Positions 23,481 to 37,596 of a stretch of DNA of 64,000 nt are shown piece by piece. The translations under genes and the position numbers were made by a program. The notes under the pieces were generated by a model, which saw only the letters and a list, made by a program, of their open reading frames with translations, had not been told where the DNA came from and ran no database searches. How positions within the stretch are numbered: the first letter of the stretch is position 1; each line of letters starts with the position of its first letter. Source of the stretch: Octopus bimaculoides (lineage: Eukaryota); NCBI RefSeq assembly GCF_001194135.2, contig NC_068981.1, positions 101,763,449 to 101,827,448 of the forward strand, in the 5' to 3' direction.

Positions 23481-24080
23481 TTTAATCTTTTTCCTTGTTT
23501 CAATCACTGGACTGTGCTCTGCTAGAGCACCTCTTTGGAAGGTTTAGTTGAAAAAACTGACTCAAGTACATATTTTAAAGCTAATACTTATTCTATTGGT
23601 CTCTTTTACTGAACTAAGTTATGCAAATGTAAACAAACCAACACTGGTTGTCAAGTAGTGTATGGGGGACAAACACAAAAACATACATACACATAAACAG
23701 ACACATACATGTATACACAATGGCTTCTACACAGTTTCACTCAGGCATCTTTAACCACCCCATGGCTGTAATAGGAAATATTTGCACAAAGTACTATGTA
23801 GTGTGACTGAACCTGAAATCATGTGATTGCATGTTATATATGTACACAGGCATGGCTTTGTGGTTAAGAAGTTCACTTTGCAATCAAGTGTACCTAAATT
23901 CAGTCTGTGATAATTGTCTTCAGCCATTATCACAGGCCAACCAATACCTTATAAGTAAAATTGGAAGACAGAAACTGCATAAGTATATCTACCTACCTAC
24001 CAGTCTATCCATCTATCTACCACAGACGTATGCAAACACACAAAGACACATACACACACATATGTTTGTTTATGTTTAAG

Positions 24081-24113
<33 letters not shown>

Positions 24114-24527
24114 TTAGTTTTGTCACTAATTAAAATCCAGCAACATTTCACTGAATATAACTCAAATTAACTCAATCATGAACTAGGATATGATATTTGT
24201 ATAAAAGTGCACATATTAATTCTCATCTTAATCTGATTTCAATTGACATGATACTTAGAAAAATAAACCAACAAATAATATATTGTTTTATAAATTAGTT
24301 TTGATTTTTAATTGCTCATATTCATATACCTTGACACTGAATTTGCATTTATTCTGTACATAATTTACATTTTCATTTTTAATTAATATCATTAACAGCT
24401 GGCAGAATATGTAAACGAGAGAGCAAAATAGTATATGGTATTTTATTATGTATCTTATTTTCTGAGCTCAAATCTACCTGAGACCAATTCTGCATTTGAT
24501 GACCTCTCTAATAGATAAAATAAAGGG

Positions 24528-24918
24528 GCTGGAGTGGCTGTGTGGTAAGAAGCTTGCTTACCAACCACATGGTCCCAGGTTCAGTCCCACTGCGTGGCAC
24601 CTTGGGCAAGTGTCTTCTACTATAGCTTCGGGTTGACCAAGGCCTTGTGAGTGGATTTGGTAGAAGGAAACTGAAAGAAGCCTGTCGTAATGTATATCTA
24701 TGTATATGTGTGTGTATATGTTTGACCCATCCAACATCGCTTGACAACTGATGTTGGTATGTTTACATCCCTGTAACTTAGCGGTTCGGTAAAATAATCT
24801 GATAGAAAAAGTACTAGGCTTACAAAGAATAAGTCCTGCGGTCGATTTGCTTGACTAAAGGTGGTGCTCCAGCATGGCCATAGTCAAATGACTGAAATAA
24901 GTAAAAGAGTAAAAGAGT
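24528..24918 (+). mobile_element. SINE family B, young full-length copy
   Basis: A-box-like tggctgtgtggtaag, B-box-like ggttcagtccc, (GAGTAAAA)n tail. Confidence 0.9.
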
Positions 24919-25797
24919 ATACCTGACCCAAGTTCTAGCTTTGTGCACACATTGTTATTAATAGTAGTGGGTGCAGGCAGAGCTGTGGTTGTCTGGTTCA
25001 GAAGTTTGCAATACAGTCACATAATTCTGGGTTTGATCCCAATGTGTAACACTTTGGGCAAACATCATCTTAATCTATGGCTGACAGAAGCCATGAGAGT
25101 CAAATTTAGTTGACTAAATCTCAACAACTTTATGTGAATGTGTGTGCATATGAGTGTGTATGTGCGTGTGTGAATGAGTATATGTATATTGGTAAAGGTT
25201 GATAGAACTGATTCAGCAGACAAAAAATAACCTACTTCAGTCGTGGCCAGCAGGACTTCCTGAATGGCAGGTTTAACAAGAAATTACCTTTAATTATTTT
25301 AGTAGTGTAGCCTTATTTACGATGAGCCATATCTCATGCAACCTACTTCTCAAAATAGGTCGCTGGTGCCTGCACTATTTCCAACCATCTCAGTTACTTC
25401 CCTTATGCATTGAGGTCAACTTTGCTGTTCTATCTGACTGAGCTTATGAGAATGATAAAATAAGTTATCATATAAAGTACTGTCATGGAATGTAAAGAAC
25501 CAGAATAAATACAGAATAAATACAGCATTTTTTTTTGTTACTCTAAGGATCCACAGTCTTTAATAACAACAACACTATTAACAATGATTTCTGATTTAGG
25601 TACAAGGCCAGTGTTACTGGTGGTAGGTACTTAGTTGTTTCCATTGACCCCAATACTTGACTGATACTTTATTTTATCAACCCTGAATGAATGAAGTTGA
25701 CCTCAGTGAGATTTGAGCTCAGAGTGTAAAAAAAAAGCAGAAGAAATTCTATTAGATATTTTGTCTGATGCACTAATGATTCCACCAGTTCTCTGCC

Positions 25798-25833
<36 letters not shown>

Positions 25834-26390
25834 GTAATAATAATAATGATAATAATGGTTTCCAGTCCAGGAATAAGGCCAGCAATTTTGAGGTGAGGAG
25901 TTTAGTTGATGCCACTGATCTCAGTACTTTACAAGTATGTACTTTATTTTATTGATCCCAAAGGGTTGAAACGCAAAGCTGATCTTGACAAGATTTTATC
26001 TCAGAATGTTAAGAGTCAGAACAAAACATCACAAGGTATTTTCCTGGACACTTTAACAATTCTGCTATCCACTGTCATTATCATTATTTTTGCTACTCAT
26101 CATCATTATTTATTAATGTTTACTTTTCCATGCTTGCATGGGTCAGACGGAATTTGCAGAGGCAAATTTTCTATGGTAGGATACCCTTCCAGTTACCAAC
26201 CCTCGCTTGTTTCCATGTAAGGTAATGTTTTCCAATGACCAGACAGGTTTTTCATGGAAAACTGGAAATGAACAACATGGCTTGAATGAAAATGATACTC
26301 ATTTACAATCATCACATAATGTGAAGACAAGAGTACACCCACCCACACATTTATGCATCTTATTTATCTATCTATATGTGTGTATATGTG

Positions 26391-26626
26391 TTTCTTATTT
26401 GTTTATTGCCCACAAGGGGCTAAACATAGAGGGGACAAACAAGGACAGACAAAGGGATTAAGTTAATTACATCGACCCCAGTGCGTAACTGGCACTTAAT
26501 TTATCGACCCTGAAAAGATGAAAGGCAAAGTCGACCTCGGCGGAATTTGAACTCAGAACGTAACGGCAGACGAAATACAGCTAAGCATTTTGCCCGGCGT
26601 GCTAACGTCTCTGTCAGCTTGCTGCC
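26391..26626 (-). mobile_element. SINE family D, alternative-tail subfamily, young
   Basis: Near-identical to 18353-18590; about 9-bp TSD tgtgtttct; CpGs retained. Confidence 0.9.
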
Positions 26627-27751
26627 TTTGTGTTTCTGTTTGTCTCCACTCACACCCCTTGACAAGAGTGTTGGTTTGTTTACAACCTCATAATTTAGTG
26701 TTTTGGCAAAGGAGACCAATAGAGGAAGCAGCAGATTAAAAAAAAAAAAATGTGTGCTGGTGTGAGTTTCTTGAATCCTTCAAGGCAATGCTCCAGCATG
26801 GCTGCAGTCTAATGAAAGAAACAAGTAAAAGATAAAAAACAAAGACACAATGATGACCAAAACTAAAACGATAGAAAAGTTTTTTGTAAATATGATTTAT
26901 AATCTCTTTCATTATAATATACACATTATAAAGACTTCATAATTAATTTCTTTCTTTATCATAAAGAAGATATAAAAAAAAATGGAAGAAATAAAACAGC
27001 AAATAACAAAGATAAATGGATGAAGTCAATTGGGTGATTAGCCTGATTGATGAATGTATTTGGTTTAGGAAAAGTCAACCAATTGACTATTTATTACACT
27101 TGTATGAGATGAATAAATATTAAAAGATTGATGTAAGCATGTGTGTGTATATGAAAGTACGGAGAGTCTAGTGATGGCATTTGTACTGTAGTAAGCTACA
27201 AGTTGCTTTGTTGTTACTCTTTAGTCCTAGCTCTGATCAAACAGACCTAGCATGAAAGACAGTCCAGAAATGGTGTATTCTCAGAACCTATTATCTCATG
27301 TTCTTTTTATGATTTTCTTTTTTAAGGACAGTAGATTGCGATCTGAAGAAGATTTAGCTATTTCTTTTTCCAAATAGTTGCTGATGTTTAACCCCAGGTC
27401 ATAGAAAAATAGTTCCCTAGGATCAAAATATAAGTTACAGTGACATGAAGGACATACTTGCTTATAATATGAAAAAGGATGCTGGTGGAATGTTCCTGTC
27501 AGAACTCTTGTAAAATATATGCACAATAGACCAGATATTATTATTGGGAATGGTGTTATTGCTTAACTCTGACTAGGCATACCTATGATCAAAGATGTTA
27601 CAGCTGTATTTTTAAGACCATAGAGTATAATTTGAGGAAGATTTGGCTACTATTTCTATCAGGTTGAGCTATCATGTACAGGCTACCTTGTTGGCTTGTA
27701 GTCTTGAAGTAGAATGAGTCTCTGGTTAAAGTTTTATTCCAATTCCTTCAA

Positions 27752-27971
27752 TCCTTTAGCATTTAAACCTACCCTATCTAACCAAAATACTCAACTTGTC
27801 TTATGTTCAAACTGGCCAGATCTGGCCTCTCACATCAACCCTATTATATCTGTCTAAAATTTAACAGTTACCTCTTAAAAATCTCAAATCTACAACATAA
27901 TGTATGATTAATACAAAACAATGAAAATAAATAAGCATTACTTTTGACAGGATATTGTGAATGCTAAAGGA
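27752..27971 (+). mobile_element. piggyBac-type MITE
   Basis: tcaa-tcctttagcattta ... gaatgctaaagga-ttaa; homologous to 36783-36993. Confidence 0.7.
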
Positions 27972-29555
27972 TTAAAGTGTTAATGTTTTTTCTGAAAAGC
28001 ATGAACATCGCAACATCTGATCAAAGAATGTAATTTAAAGTATACTAAGATACTAAGACCTTTGATCTTAAATAAATTGAGATTGATAAAAATGAGCATC
28101 AGACAGACATCAGTAGGATGTGAATTACATAACTATCCTGTTACATTTACTTTATTCTTTTTACTGGTTTTAGTCACTGAACTGCAGTCATACCTTCAAG
28201 GGTTTAGTCAATGATATTGAGTCAGTGCTTATTTCTAGATCTGGTACTTAAACAAAGAGCACCTGTTGTTAAACAGTGTAAACAAACATGCATGTAAATA
28301 TGTCTGATGGATTTCCATACAGGTTATGTCAACAAAATTTCACTCACAAGACATTGGTGTTGACCTGAAGTTATGCTAGAAGATACTTGCCCCAAGTGCC
28401 ATGCAATGGGGCTGAACTTGACATCAGCTGGCTGCAAAGTGATCTTCTCAACCACAAAGCCATATGTGCATCTAACTAATTTGCAGAGATAAAAATAACA
28501 CAGTTAATAAATAACCATAAAAATATGAATGAAACAGATAAGTAAATAATCGAATGAAAGAAAGAGGGAATGACAGAGCTGATGTGTCAAGAATAAAAAA
28601 AAAAAAAACAACAAAAAATAACTTTAGGGTATTTACTCCTGTGCTGGTTATGCCCCTTATTGCTCAGGATGACTGTTATATCTTGAGATCAATGAAATAA
28701 GTACCAGGTGACATACAAGTACTTATATAACAGCTGAAAGGTCTTGATTGAGAATGACAGTAAATACCCCAGCATGGCCACAGTGTAATGACTGAGACCA
28801 ATAAAAGCATTAAAAGCATTAAACAAAAACTATATAATAGAAGTATAAATATATATATAAACAAAAATGTATACATTTAAAAAATAAGCCGTCTATATAT
28901 GAAGAACAGAAAAACATTCAGCACTGAAAGTTAGTCTTTGAGTGCAACCATGGCGGTATAGTCAAGAAGTTTGCTTAACTACCATGTAATTCAGGGCTCA
29001 ATACCACTACATGACACAGAGCATGTCTTGGGTTCACCACTACCCTGTCAGTAGAATTTGAAAGACTGAGCAGAAGGCCATCCAATGTTCACACACACAC
29101 ACCTCTCTCCCTTTCTGTGCATGTTTGTCTGTATGTATGTATACCTTTGAGAAGGCATGAATAAACATATACTAAAATCCCCACGAGAAGAAGTTTCTAT
29201 AAATGACCCAAAGATATTCTTAATGAAGGTATATCTGATTTAATGAAGCATCACTTGATTTCTCTTGGAAAGCTGATTTTCATTTGTGAAATTAAATTGT
29301 TTTCCTCTACTTTCATATCTGTCGAATGTGTAATGGAATGCACTCTCCTACAGATATGAATTTAATATGAATAGTATATTTCATAATTTAATTGTGTAAA
29401 TTGGCATATACCAAATTCAAGAGTATTGACTAAAAATATGGAATTAAGTGAAAATGAAAACAATTTTATTTTGTTTGAAGCTATTATCATAGTTTTGATA
29501 GTGCTGTCTTCGTACTTCAGAATGACTGCACTCTTGCAATGTGGCTTGTTACTCA

Positions 29556-29592
<37 letters not shown>

Positions 29593-30779
29593 ATAGGCTT
29601 CCTCATATATATACAGATGTGCTTGCATGTGTGCATCTAGTACCAATGTATAATACCATCAGAAATGCAGTGAATTACAGATTGGTCCATTAGAATTCAG
29701 TAACCAATGATGTTATCATTTGCAAATTGTTATAAAATAAAAATAAAATTTTAAAAAAATCTAAAGAATGATATAAGGGAGATTTTGTTTTCCGAACAGT
29801 AAAGAAGAAACTACTAACAGTTTATAATTGAAAACTTGATTTTAATATTTCAGCCTTTTATTATTTAGCTTATTCTAATTATATCATCATACATGTTCTC
29901 AGTTCTCATCAGAAAAAACTCATCTGATTTTATCATAACTTTCAGTTGAATTCAAGAGATTTCAACTTGGTTGAAATTGATGTTGATATTGTTTTGTTAT
30001 GTAAATTAATACAGCTGAAGATTGGTAGCTTAAAATATTAGGTTTGAAATTTAAGATATTCTATTTCTTTTACAGACTGATTATTAAACAGAAAATAGAA
30101 ATGGAAAGTAACTGAAATGTATTAAATACCAAAACATTTATAGAGAGAAACATTACCTTAATCATTAAAGCAGTGTTTTGGTTTTTGTCTAAAATGTAAC
30201 TTTAGATAGTGCTAGAGATAGTGTTGAAGAAAATGAAGATGATAATGACAATGATACAGTATAGAAATAGAAGCAGGGTTTCGTTATATAAATTTTTATT
30301 GTTATAAAAGTCATAAAGTTTGTTTTGGCTTCTTTTTCAATTTACAAATGCTTAGAAAAAAGGTCTGTTATCATACACTTTGTTATTGATGGTTCTGCAA
30401 ATAACAAATAAGTGAATAATTCATATGAAACAACAAATTATATAGGCAAAAGTAAAATATATAAATAAATCTGCCAACAAGAAGCAAAAAAAAAATAGGG
30501 AAGAAACCATAAGCAAACGTCTTGTGCAATAAACTTTTCAGAAACCATATATTTTGATTATGCTTGAATAAGTACACACATTTCATTAGATATGCTACAC
30601 TGAATTTTGTTGGATGAATACAAAATAACAGTTTCTTAAATAGATAGGCCTATTGAAAGAAAGTTAAGAATTTCTTTGCTGTAAATGTTATTTTGTGGAA
30701 AAGTTAAATATTTTATGCAAAGGATTGTGAGTGAGTAAAAGTGGTTGCATACTAATGGTTTCTCTTATACCTCTCAGGC

Positions 30780-31140
30780 TCCACTCAATCACTCTCACCC
30801 TCTCTTCTAAAATGTGAGTTGTCATGCAGCTCCTCTACAGCAAGAAACCTATTCTGCTCTGGCCCTTTTCTCTCACACTTTTGTCCATATTTTACCCTGC
30901 TCAGCTCCTAGCATAAAGTTGCAAAGGAATGAGGGGTTCATGGTCTAGCAAACTGTAAAGCAGCCTTACCAGAAAAATAACCAGTACAGTTGTAAAGTGG
31001 TTGGCATTAGGAAGGACATCCAGTCATAGAAACCATGCCAAAGCAGGCATCAGCGCATGAAGCAGTCTTTAGGTCCATCAGCTTGTGTCAAACCATCCAA
31101 TACATTCCAGCATGGAACATGGATGATAATGATGATGTAA
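30780..31140 (+). mobile_element. C-rich body plus RTE-type tail element
   Basis: ctctacagcaagaaacc...ggttggcattaggaaggacatccag...catggaacatggatgataatgatgatg; related to 34070-34630 and 41520-41895. Confidence 0.55.
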
Positions 31141-31689
31141 ATGATAAATCTTCAAGGGTTTATTTTTCCTTTTATCCTTCCACACATTTGTAAAGTATGT
31201 ATCACTAATGTAAAATATGTGTTTTACATTACATAGCTTATTGACGAAAATGCCTTCCAAATGTGTTCAAAGTGCAGGAATATTTAGCTGTTAGACCACC
31301 TACAAAATTAAATCCATGAACTACTAAGACTCAAGTTGTTGAGATAATTTCTGTTGCCTGAGTGATTTGATTATTGCTGAAAGTAGTTTTGATTGAATAT
31401 AGTAGCTAGAATTTTAAAAAATGGGCTAGAAGCTCAGGCAGCTGTTATATCTGTTGGCAACTATAGAGTTTTTCCCTGAGCAAAATTCAGTGTCTGCAAT
31501 AAATGTGTAATGAATGTAATGCCACATAGCAGTGAGACATTGATATTGCAGAAGGAGGTGGAAGAGAAATGTGGTAAGAATAATTTATTGAATGAATAAT
31601 GTTAACTCCTTTAATCCAAAACTATCCAAGACTGTTTGCACTAAAATGTTAATATTTAAATTAAAATCTTGATCAAAACATAAACAACA

Positions 31690-31849
31690 TGGGTTGTGTT
31701 GTTAAGAAGCTTGCTTTCAAAACATGTGCTCTTGGGTTGAGTCTCACAGTAGGGCACTTTGTCTTCTACTATAGCCCCAGGCTGATCAAAGCTGTGTGAG
31801 TGAATCTGGTTGATGGAAACTGAAAGTAACTCATTGTGTATATACGAGT

Positions 31850-31881
<32 letters not shown>

Positions 31882-32070
31882 TCTTGTGTTGACAACTGGC
31901 GTTGCTTTGTTAACATCCCTGTAACCTAGTGGTTCAACAAATGAGATCTTTAGAATAAGTACCAGGCTTAGAAAATAAAGTACCTGGGTTGATTTATTCA
32001 ATTAAAGCCTTTAAGATAGTATCTCAGCATGGCCATAGTCCAATGACTGAAACAAATACAATATCAAAGA
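31690..32070 (+). mobile_element. SINE family B (diverged)
   Basis: Head, CA tract and cagcatggccatagtccaatgactgaaac tail. Confidence 0.75.
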
Positions 32071-32655
32071 TGAAGATATTGTATGATTTCAGTTGGTCAG
32101 CACCAACATAGTATACGACTATACAGAGTTATAAATAATTTGCTAAAACCCCACTTCAAAATCTTGACTATATTGAAAATTAATTTAAACACATAGGTCA
32201 TCTACTTATTAAGAATACAATCATGAGAAGGTTTAAGGTTATATTAGTTGAGTTGTTGAAGAGGACATTATTTATTTATTTCCTGGTGGGGTTTGTTGTG
32301 TAGAATCCCAACATAACCTAATTAACTACACTGAATATGATGATAGTATTTGAAGATATTGAAAGCTCAGCTCCCTCCCAACCACAAGCATATAGTTTAA
32401 GAACATTACTATCTGCCTTCACTTTGCTAATCTCTCAAATCATTAGACAGTTTGAGTTACTTTAATGTAAAATTGGTTAAAAGGCCTTTGAATTGTGCAT
32501 TTAATCATGCACAGCTACTTAACATACACACATGCTCACATAAACACTCATCTATAAATATGTATATATTCATACACACACACATACATATATATACACA
32601 CACACACATAGATATGCCTATACAGAAATATATATATACTTATATGTATATATAC

Positions 32656-32704
<49 letters not shown>

Positions 32705-32714
32705 NNNNNNNNNN
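32705..32714. other. 10-N gap between (TA)n and (GA)n
   Basis: N run. Confidence 0.98.
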
Positions 32715-32763
<49 letters not shown>

Positions 32764-32790
32764 AAAAGGAAGAAAGAGAGAGAAAGAAAG

Positions 32791-32831
<41 letters not shown>

Positions 32832-33290
32832 TCACAAGAAATAATTATCATAACCCAACATCAATACATTGTGACTTCTTATTTGACCATCTTCCAGAAG
32901 AAGGAAAGGCTAAGCCATCTCTGACAGAAGCCAAATTCAGAATCGCAGACTTCCTAATTCTGGCACTCTTCTGCTGACCTTACTTGTCATGGCTGTAGAA
33001 TTTTTGATGAGTTACTAATTTTCCACAAGAGCAGTTCCCAAGTGTTATTCGCATCATGACAGAAAATATAGACCATATAAAAGAGTTCTAGCTCAACTTT
33101 CAATGCTCCCCACTATTGTAGAGCAGGAGGTAAGCACTGCGAAACACTGACATTGAGTTCTAAGTTTCAATTTTTGGTTTAAACCACAGGTTCTTAACTG
33201 GGATCCATATAAGATTTTGTCATGAAAATTTATATGCAATAAACCTGGTTATACTTCTACTGTACACAAAATATTAAAATTTCTTTTATA

Positions 33291-34068
33291 TCAGGTCATC
33301 CCATAAGTTCTGTCCAATTTTACCTTTTTTAAAATTGAATGAAATTTAACAGTATTTTAGAATGTCTAATGGAATTAAAAATTATTTTTATGCATTTGTG
33401 TACATTTAAACTAATTAAATATTATTTTACAGAATAATAGAATTTGAATTTCTTTGATAAAAAACCTTTCTAACATGGGAGTATCCAAAGAGCATTTAAG
33501 GCACATAATGCTTTATGAGTACAAAAAAGGAAACTTTGCAGCCGAAGCGACTCGAAACATACACTCAGTTTATGGGAAAGAATGCTTGAATGAAAGAACT
33601 TGCAGAAGATGGTTTGCAAAATTCAGAAGTGGAGATTTCAGCCTTGAAGATGAAGATCGAACAGGACATCCAGTTGAGTTTGATGACAAGCTCCTTGAGG
33701 CATTACTTGAAGAAAATCCTGCATTATCAGTTGAAGAATTAGCAATAAAACTTAGTTCAAACCACACAACTGTTTATTGTCATCTTCAAAAACTTGGAAA
33801 GGTTCCTAAACTTGGAAAATTGGTGCCTCATGAATTGTCTGAAAGCAACCGCAAATCCCAAGTTGACATCTGCTCTTCTCTCCATTCTTGCGAACTCATT
33901 TCACCCTTTTTGGATAGACTTGTGACTGGTGACGAAAAATGGATCTTCTATCGAAATGTTAAACATTGTAAACAGTGGCTTGGTAAAAGGGAAAAAACTC
34001 AACCACAACCGAGAAGAGAACTTCATGGAAAAAAGGCTCTTCTCATTATCTGGTGGGATTACAAAGGA
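33291..34068 (+). mobile_element. 3'-truncated mariner transposon (left TIR plus 5' part of the transposase)
   Basis: TA at 33289-33290 then TIR tcaggtcatcccataag; similarity ends after WWDYKG at 34068. Confidence 0.9.
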
Positions 34069-34092
34069 GAATATTTGCCTTCCCATCTCTGA
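33475..34092 (+). CDS. Mariner (Mos1/SETMAR-like) transposase N-terminal about 200 aa, uninterrupted, truncated after the first catalytic Asp
   Basis: MGVSKEHLRHIMLYEYKKG...TCRRWFAKFRSGDFSLEDEDRTGHP...LVPHEL...LVTGDEKWIFY...LIIWWDYKG. Confidence 0.9.
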   Translation: MGVSKEHLRHIMLYEYKKGNFAAEATRNIHSVYGKECLNERTCRRWFAKFRSGDFSLEDEDRTGHPVEFDDKLLEALLEENPALSVEELAIKLSSNHTTVYCHLQKLGKVPKLGKLVPHELSESNRKSQVDICSSLHSCELISPFLDRLVTGDEKWIFYRNVKHCKQWLGKREKTQPQPRRELHGKKALLIIWWDYKGEYLPSHL

Positions 34093-34599
34093 AATCTCTT
34101 GCTTGCTCCATACACTCTTGTAACCTCTACTCACCCACCCATCCCCTCCTTCCTGCTCTTCTGACACCCAAGGCACTTTCACACCTCACCACCACCACCA
34201 CCATCTTTATCGTTCTTTCCATCTCCATCCCAATTATTAGCACCCAATCTTGTATAATGTAACTAACCATGTATCTTCTCTACAGTAAGAAACCTATTAT
34301 GGTCTCTTCTTTCATACTTTAACCTCTTATCATCTAACAAAGCTGCCTCCCTCTCTATTGTAATTCCACTCAGTCAAAGGGATCTTAGTCTTGTGAGCTA
34401 CATGGCAACCTCACTAGTGCTGGGGCCACAAAAAAAAATCTAAAATCCATACAATGCATTCTATAAAGCAGTAGGCATTAAGATGGGCATTGAGCTGTAG
34501 AAACCATGCCAAAGCAAACATTAGAACAGGATGCAGTCCTCCTCATTAGATCCTGTGAATCCATCCAATCCATATCAGCATGGAAGATGGATGTTAAAA

Positions 34600-34630
<31 letters not shown>
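34070..34630 (+). mobile_element. C-rich body plus RTE-type tail element abutting the truncated mariner
   Basis: ggcaacctcactagtgctggggccac...gtagaaaccatgccaaagc...(GAT)9 tail. Confidence 0.6.
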
Positions 34631-34633
<3 letters not shown>

Positions 34634-35835
34634 TGCCATTAAGAGAACATTTACAATCAAAAGTGTTCTAGTGTGGCCTTCCTCTTTTAAAGTGGCAGGG
34701 TGGGATTTGTGGATATTAGGCTGCTATTTCTAGCAGGTTCAGAGACCTCATATATGTTCCCAAATAGAGCTGTTAAACAACATATAAATTATGGTTGTTG
34801 TTTAACCCCAGGTTAACTCTGAATAAGCAAAACTATGATCAAAGGACATTTGAACCTTCACCAGCTTGTCTTTTTACAAGTATCTATGATTGCTTTCCAT
34901 AGTTAAGGCATAAGACATGATTTGATGGATAGTTGACACCTATTTATAGTATGTTCGAGTAATAAATATATAGAGGCTTCTCTTTGGCTTATTACACTAC
35001 ACACATACACACACACACATATTTATGTATATGAAGATCTGATTTTTAGCCATTTTACTTCATGTAACATTAATCTTATATTTATGGTTGGAGACTAGAT
35101 TAATAACAAGGTTCTCAAATACATTAAAACAACATGTGCATTTATTTAAAACGTTCTCTTTTAATGGCCAAAATGTCAGTTTATCAATTTAATTACAATT
35201 GACAGACATTTATGGTAAATAATGTTTAAAAACAAAATCTATAGATTTCCTTTGAGAATCTACAGAATATTTACCAAATGCATTTGGTTTATTTGTTTTG
35301 TCCTACAAAATACAAAGGAAGGAAAATAATTGTCATGGATCTAGTTTCCATGCATGCCAGACTTTATTGGATGATGCTTGAAAATCCATAAACATTTGTA
35401 GTAATTGCTAGAGCATATATTTAACAAATGAATGCTTTCTCCATAGTCAACATCACACCCATGAAATAAAATTACAGTTGATGTTGTTTAGTTTGATTCG
35501 AAAACCTAGTTTGATGTTGTTTAGTTTGATTCAGGAAGTAATTCAAGCAACATATCTTAAGAGTGGTTATTTGCTTAATGGTACAGTCATGGCTGTATGG
35601 TTAGGGTGCAGGCAGAGATTATAGAGCAGGTCTATTGATCAGGTAGAGGCTCCTTCATTGGCTTGCTGTATTTGAGATATAAGATAGAATAACTCAGATA
35701 ATTTAGAAGTATCATGAAAATATATGATGGAGTATAACAACTACAAATGTAGGCTCTTTATATTAACAAACTAACATTTCATGTCTTCTTTTATCATCCT
35801 TGTTTCTCTTTTGTCTTTTTTATTTTTACTTTCAG

Positions 35836-36153
35836 GAAGAACAAGTATTGCAGAGTGCTGTTTCGGAAAGCGTGTATTTCACATCTACAATTCTTCAAAT
35901 GAAAGAAATAAAGGAAGTAAAAAGGAGATGTCACATTTACACTTGACATTTGGCTAAAATTTTCACATTTCACAACCAGCATCCCAGCATTCTTCTCAAG
36001 GTTGCTATGATAGGAAGGTGGTGATTGGTTGTATTGGGTTGTTTCTGTGTTTGATTCTTGCTTAACTTCTGTTTGATTAAATTTCTTTCTTGCAAATATG
36101 TTCCGCAATTTATGATGTGGAACGTTTACTTCCAGATTTCAAAATACAAGACA
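35836..36153 (+). other. Candidate plus-strand exon (318 nt, mostly UTR-like; possible start MMWNVYFQISKYKT at 36112)
   Basis: Branch-like CTAAC at 35771, about 55-nt polypyrimidine tract, ttcAG at 35834-35835; donor ACA/GTAAGA at 36154; non-repetitive. Confidence 0.4.
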
Positions 36154-36782
36154 GTAAGACTAAGATTAATTGGCATTATCAGAATTACAATGTGGAACCA
36201 ATTGATAGCTATTTAAAATGTGCACACAGGCACAAGTGTGCATGCATGCACACATACAATATTATATTCCTTTTGATTTTATTGAAAGGAGTGATGGAAA
36301 TGAATATGAAGGAAGTAGGAATATGAAGGACGGTAGGAAAAGACATGGCTGAAGATGGTGATAAAGGGGATGATGGTAAGGTGGGATATAGATAATAGGG
36401 GAAAATGGAAAAAGCTGTCATGGTGTCTGCAAGTCTAACCTCTGCTTTAGCAGGAACAGTGATCTTCAAAGGTGTACGCTTTATAGACAATAAAGCGTAC
36501 ATTAAAAGTATTTTGACACTTTATAGCAGTAGTTCTGAAACTTTTCACTCTCAAAGACCACTTAAATTTAAATGATTTTTCTCATGGGTTTATGAAAAGT
36601 CAGTCTACTCAATAAGCTGATTTTATTAACTAACAAGTCTCTAGTTTCATCTTTCACTAGAAATATACACATAAGTGAATAATTCTGTCTAACTGTATAA
36701 TTATACATTTTACACTTTGGCCTTTTAAAAATTCTGGGTACAACTCAAAGACAACACCAGTTCTACCTTCGTGGACTCTTAA

Positions 36783-36993
36783 CCCCTTAGCATTTAAACC
36801 AACTACATCTGGCCCAAATATGCTACCTGTTTTATGTTCTAACCAGTCAGATCCAGCCTATCACACCTACTTTTCAATTTCATTCCAAAAATTATACAAT
36901 CACATCATCAGAATTTCAAAGATATGAGACAATTAAAAACAATGTGAATGAAAAAAACACTACAGTTGAGAGAGTAATTTGAATGCTAAAGAG
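36783..36993 (+). mobile_element. piggyBac-type MITE
   Basis: TTAA at 36779-36782 and 36994-36997; TIR cc(c/t)ttagcatt. Confidence 0.8.
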
Positions 36994-37382
36994 TTAAAGG
37001 TCCATGGATCTAGTTTGGGAATCATTGTGTTATAATACTCAATACCATCACAAGAGATGTCAAAAGTGTACATACAAGTAATGATATCTTTGTGTTTTAA
37101 ATGGCTGTCATAATTTCTATATGTTACAGTTTTTAAATTCTATCTAAGACTAAATCTCTTCATGAAACAAATGTGACTCAGAAAATATAAGAATTGTTTT
37201 GCACCTTCTGGAATAGATATGTGTGTAACAGGTGGACATATTCAAGATGTCACCTGCTTCACAGAAGATAATTCCACTAACTGACCTTCAACAGCTTAAT
37301 AACAAAGCACAGCACTGTGTCCTCACGAGGATACTAGTGCTGATGGTTGGTGGCAGCAGCAGTGGTGGTGCTGGTGCTGCCG

Positions 37383-37416
<34 letters not shown>

Positions 37417-37596
37417 AACCTCTTCTCTTACAACTTGCCAATGTAATACTATGAATAAATAGACACAATGCATTTGTTACTTCTTTGGTCATTTAATTTG
37501 AGGATGACTTTGTTCTTAGGCAGGTGAAATTGAAGCAGTTGACATTTAGCTTCACCTTTTGTAGGTCAAGCTCAGTATGGGAGTTGAAGTGGTAGC

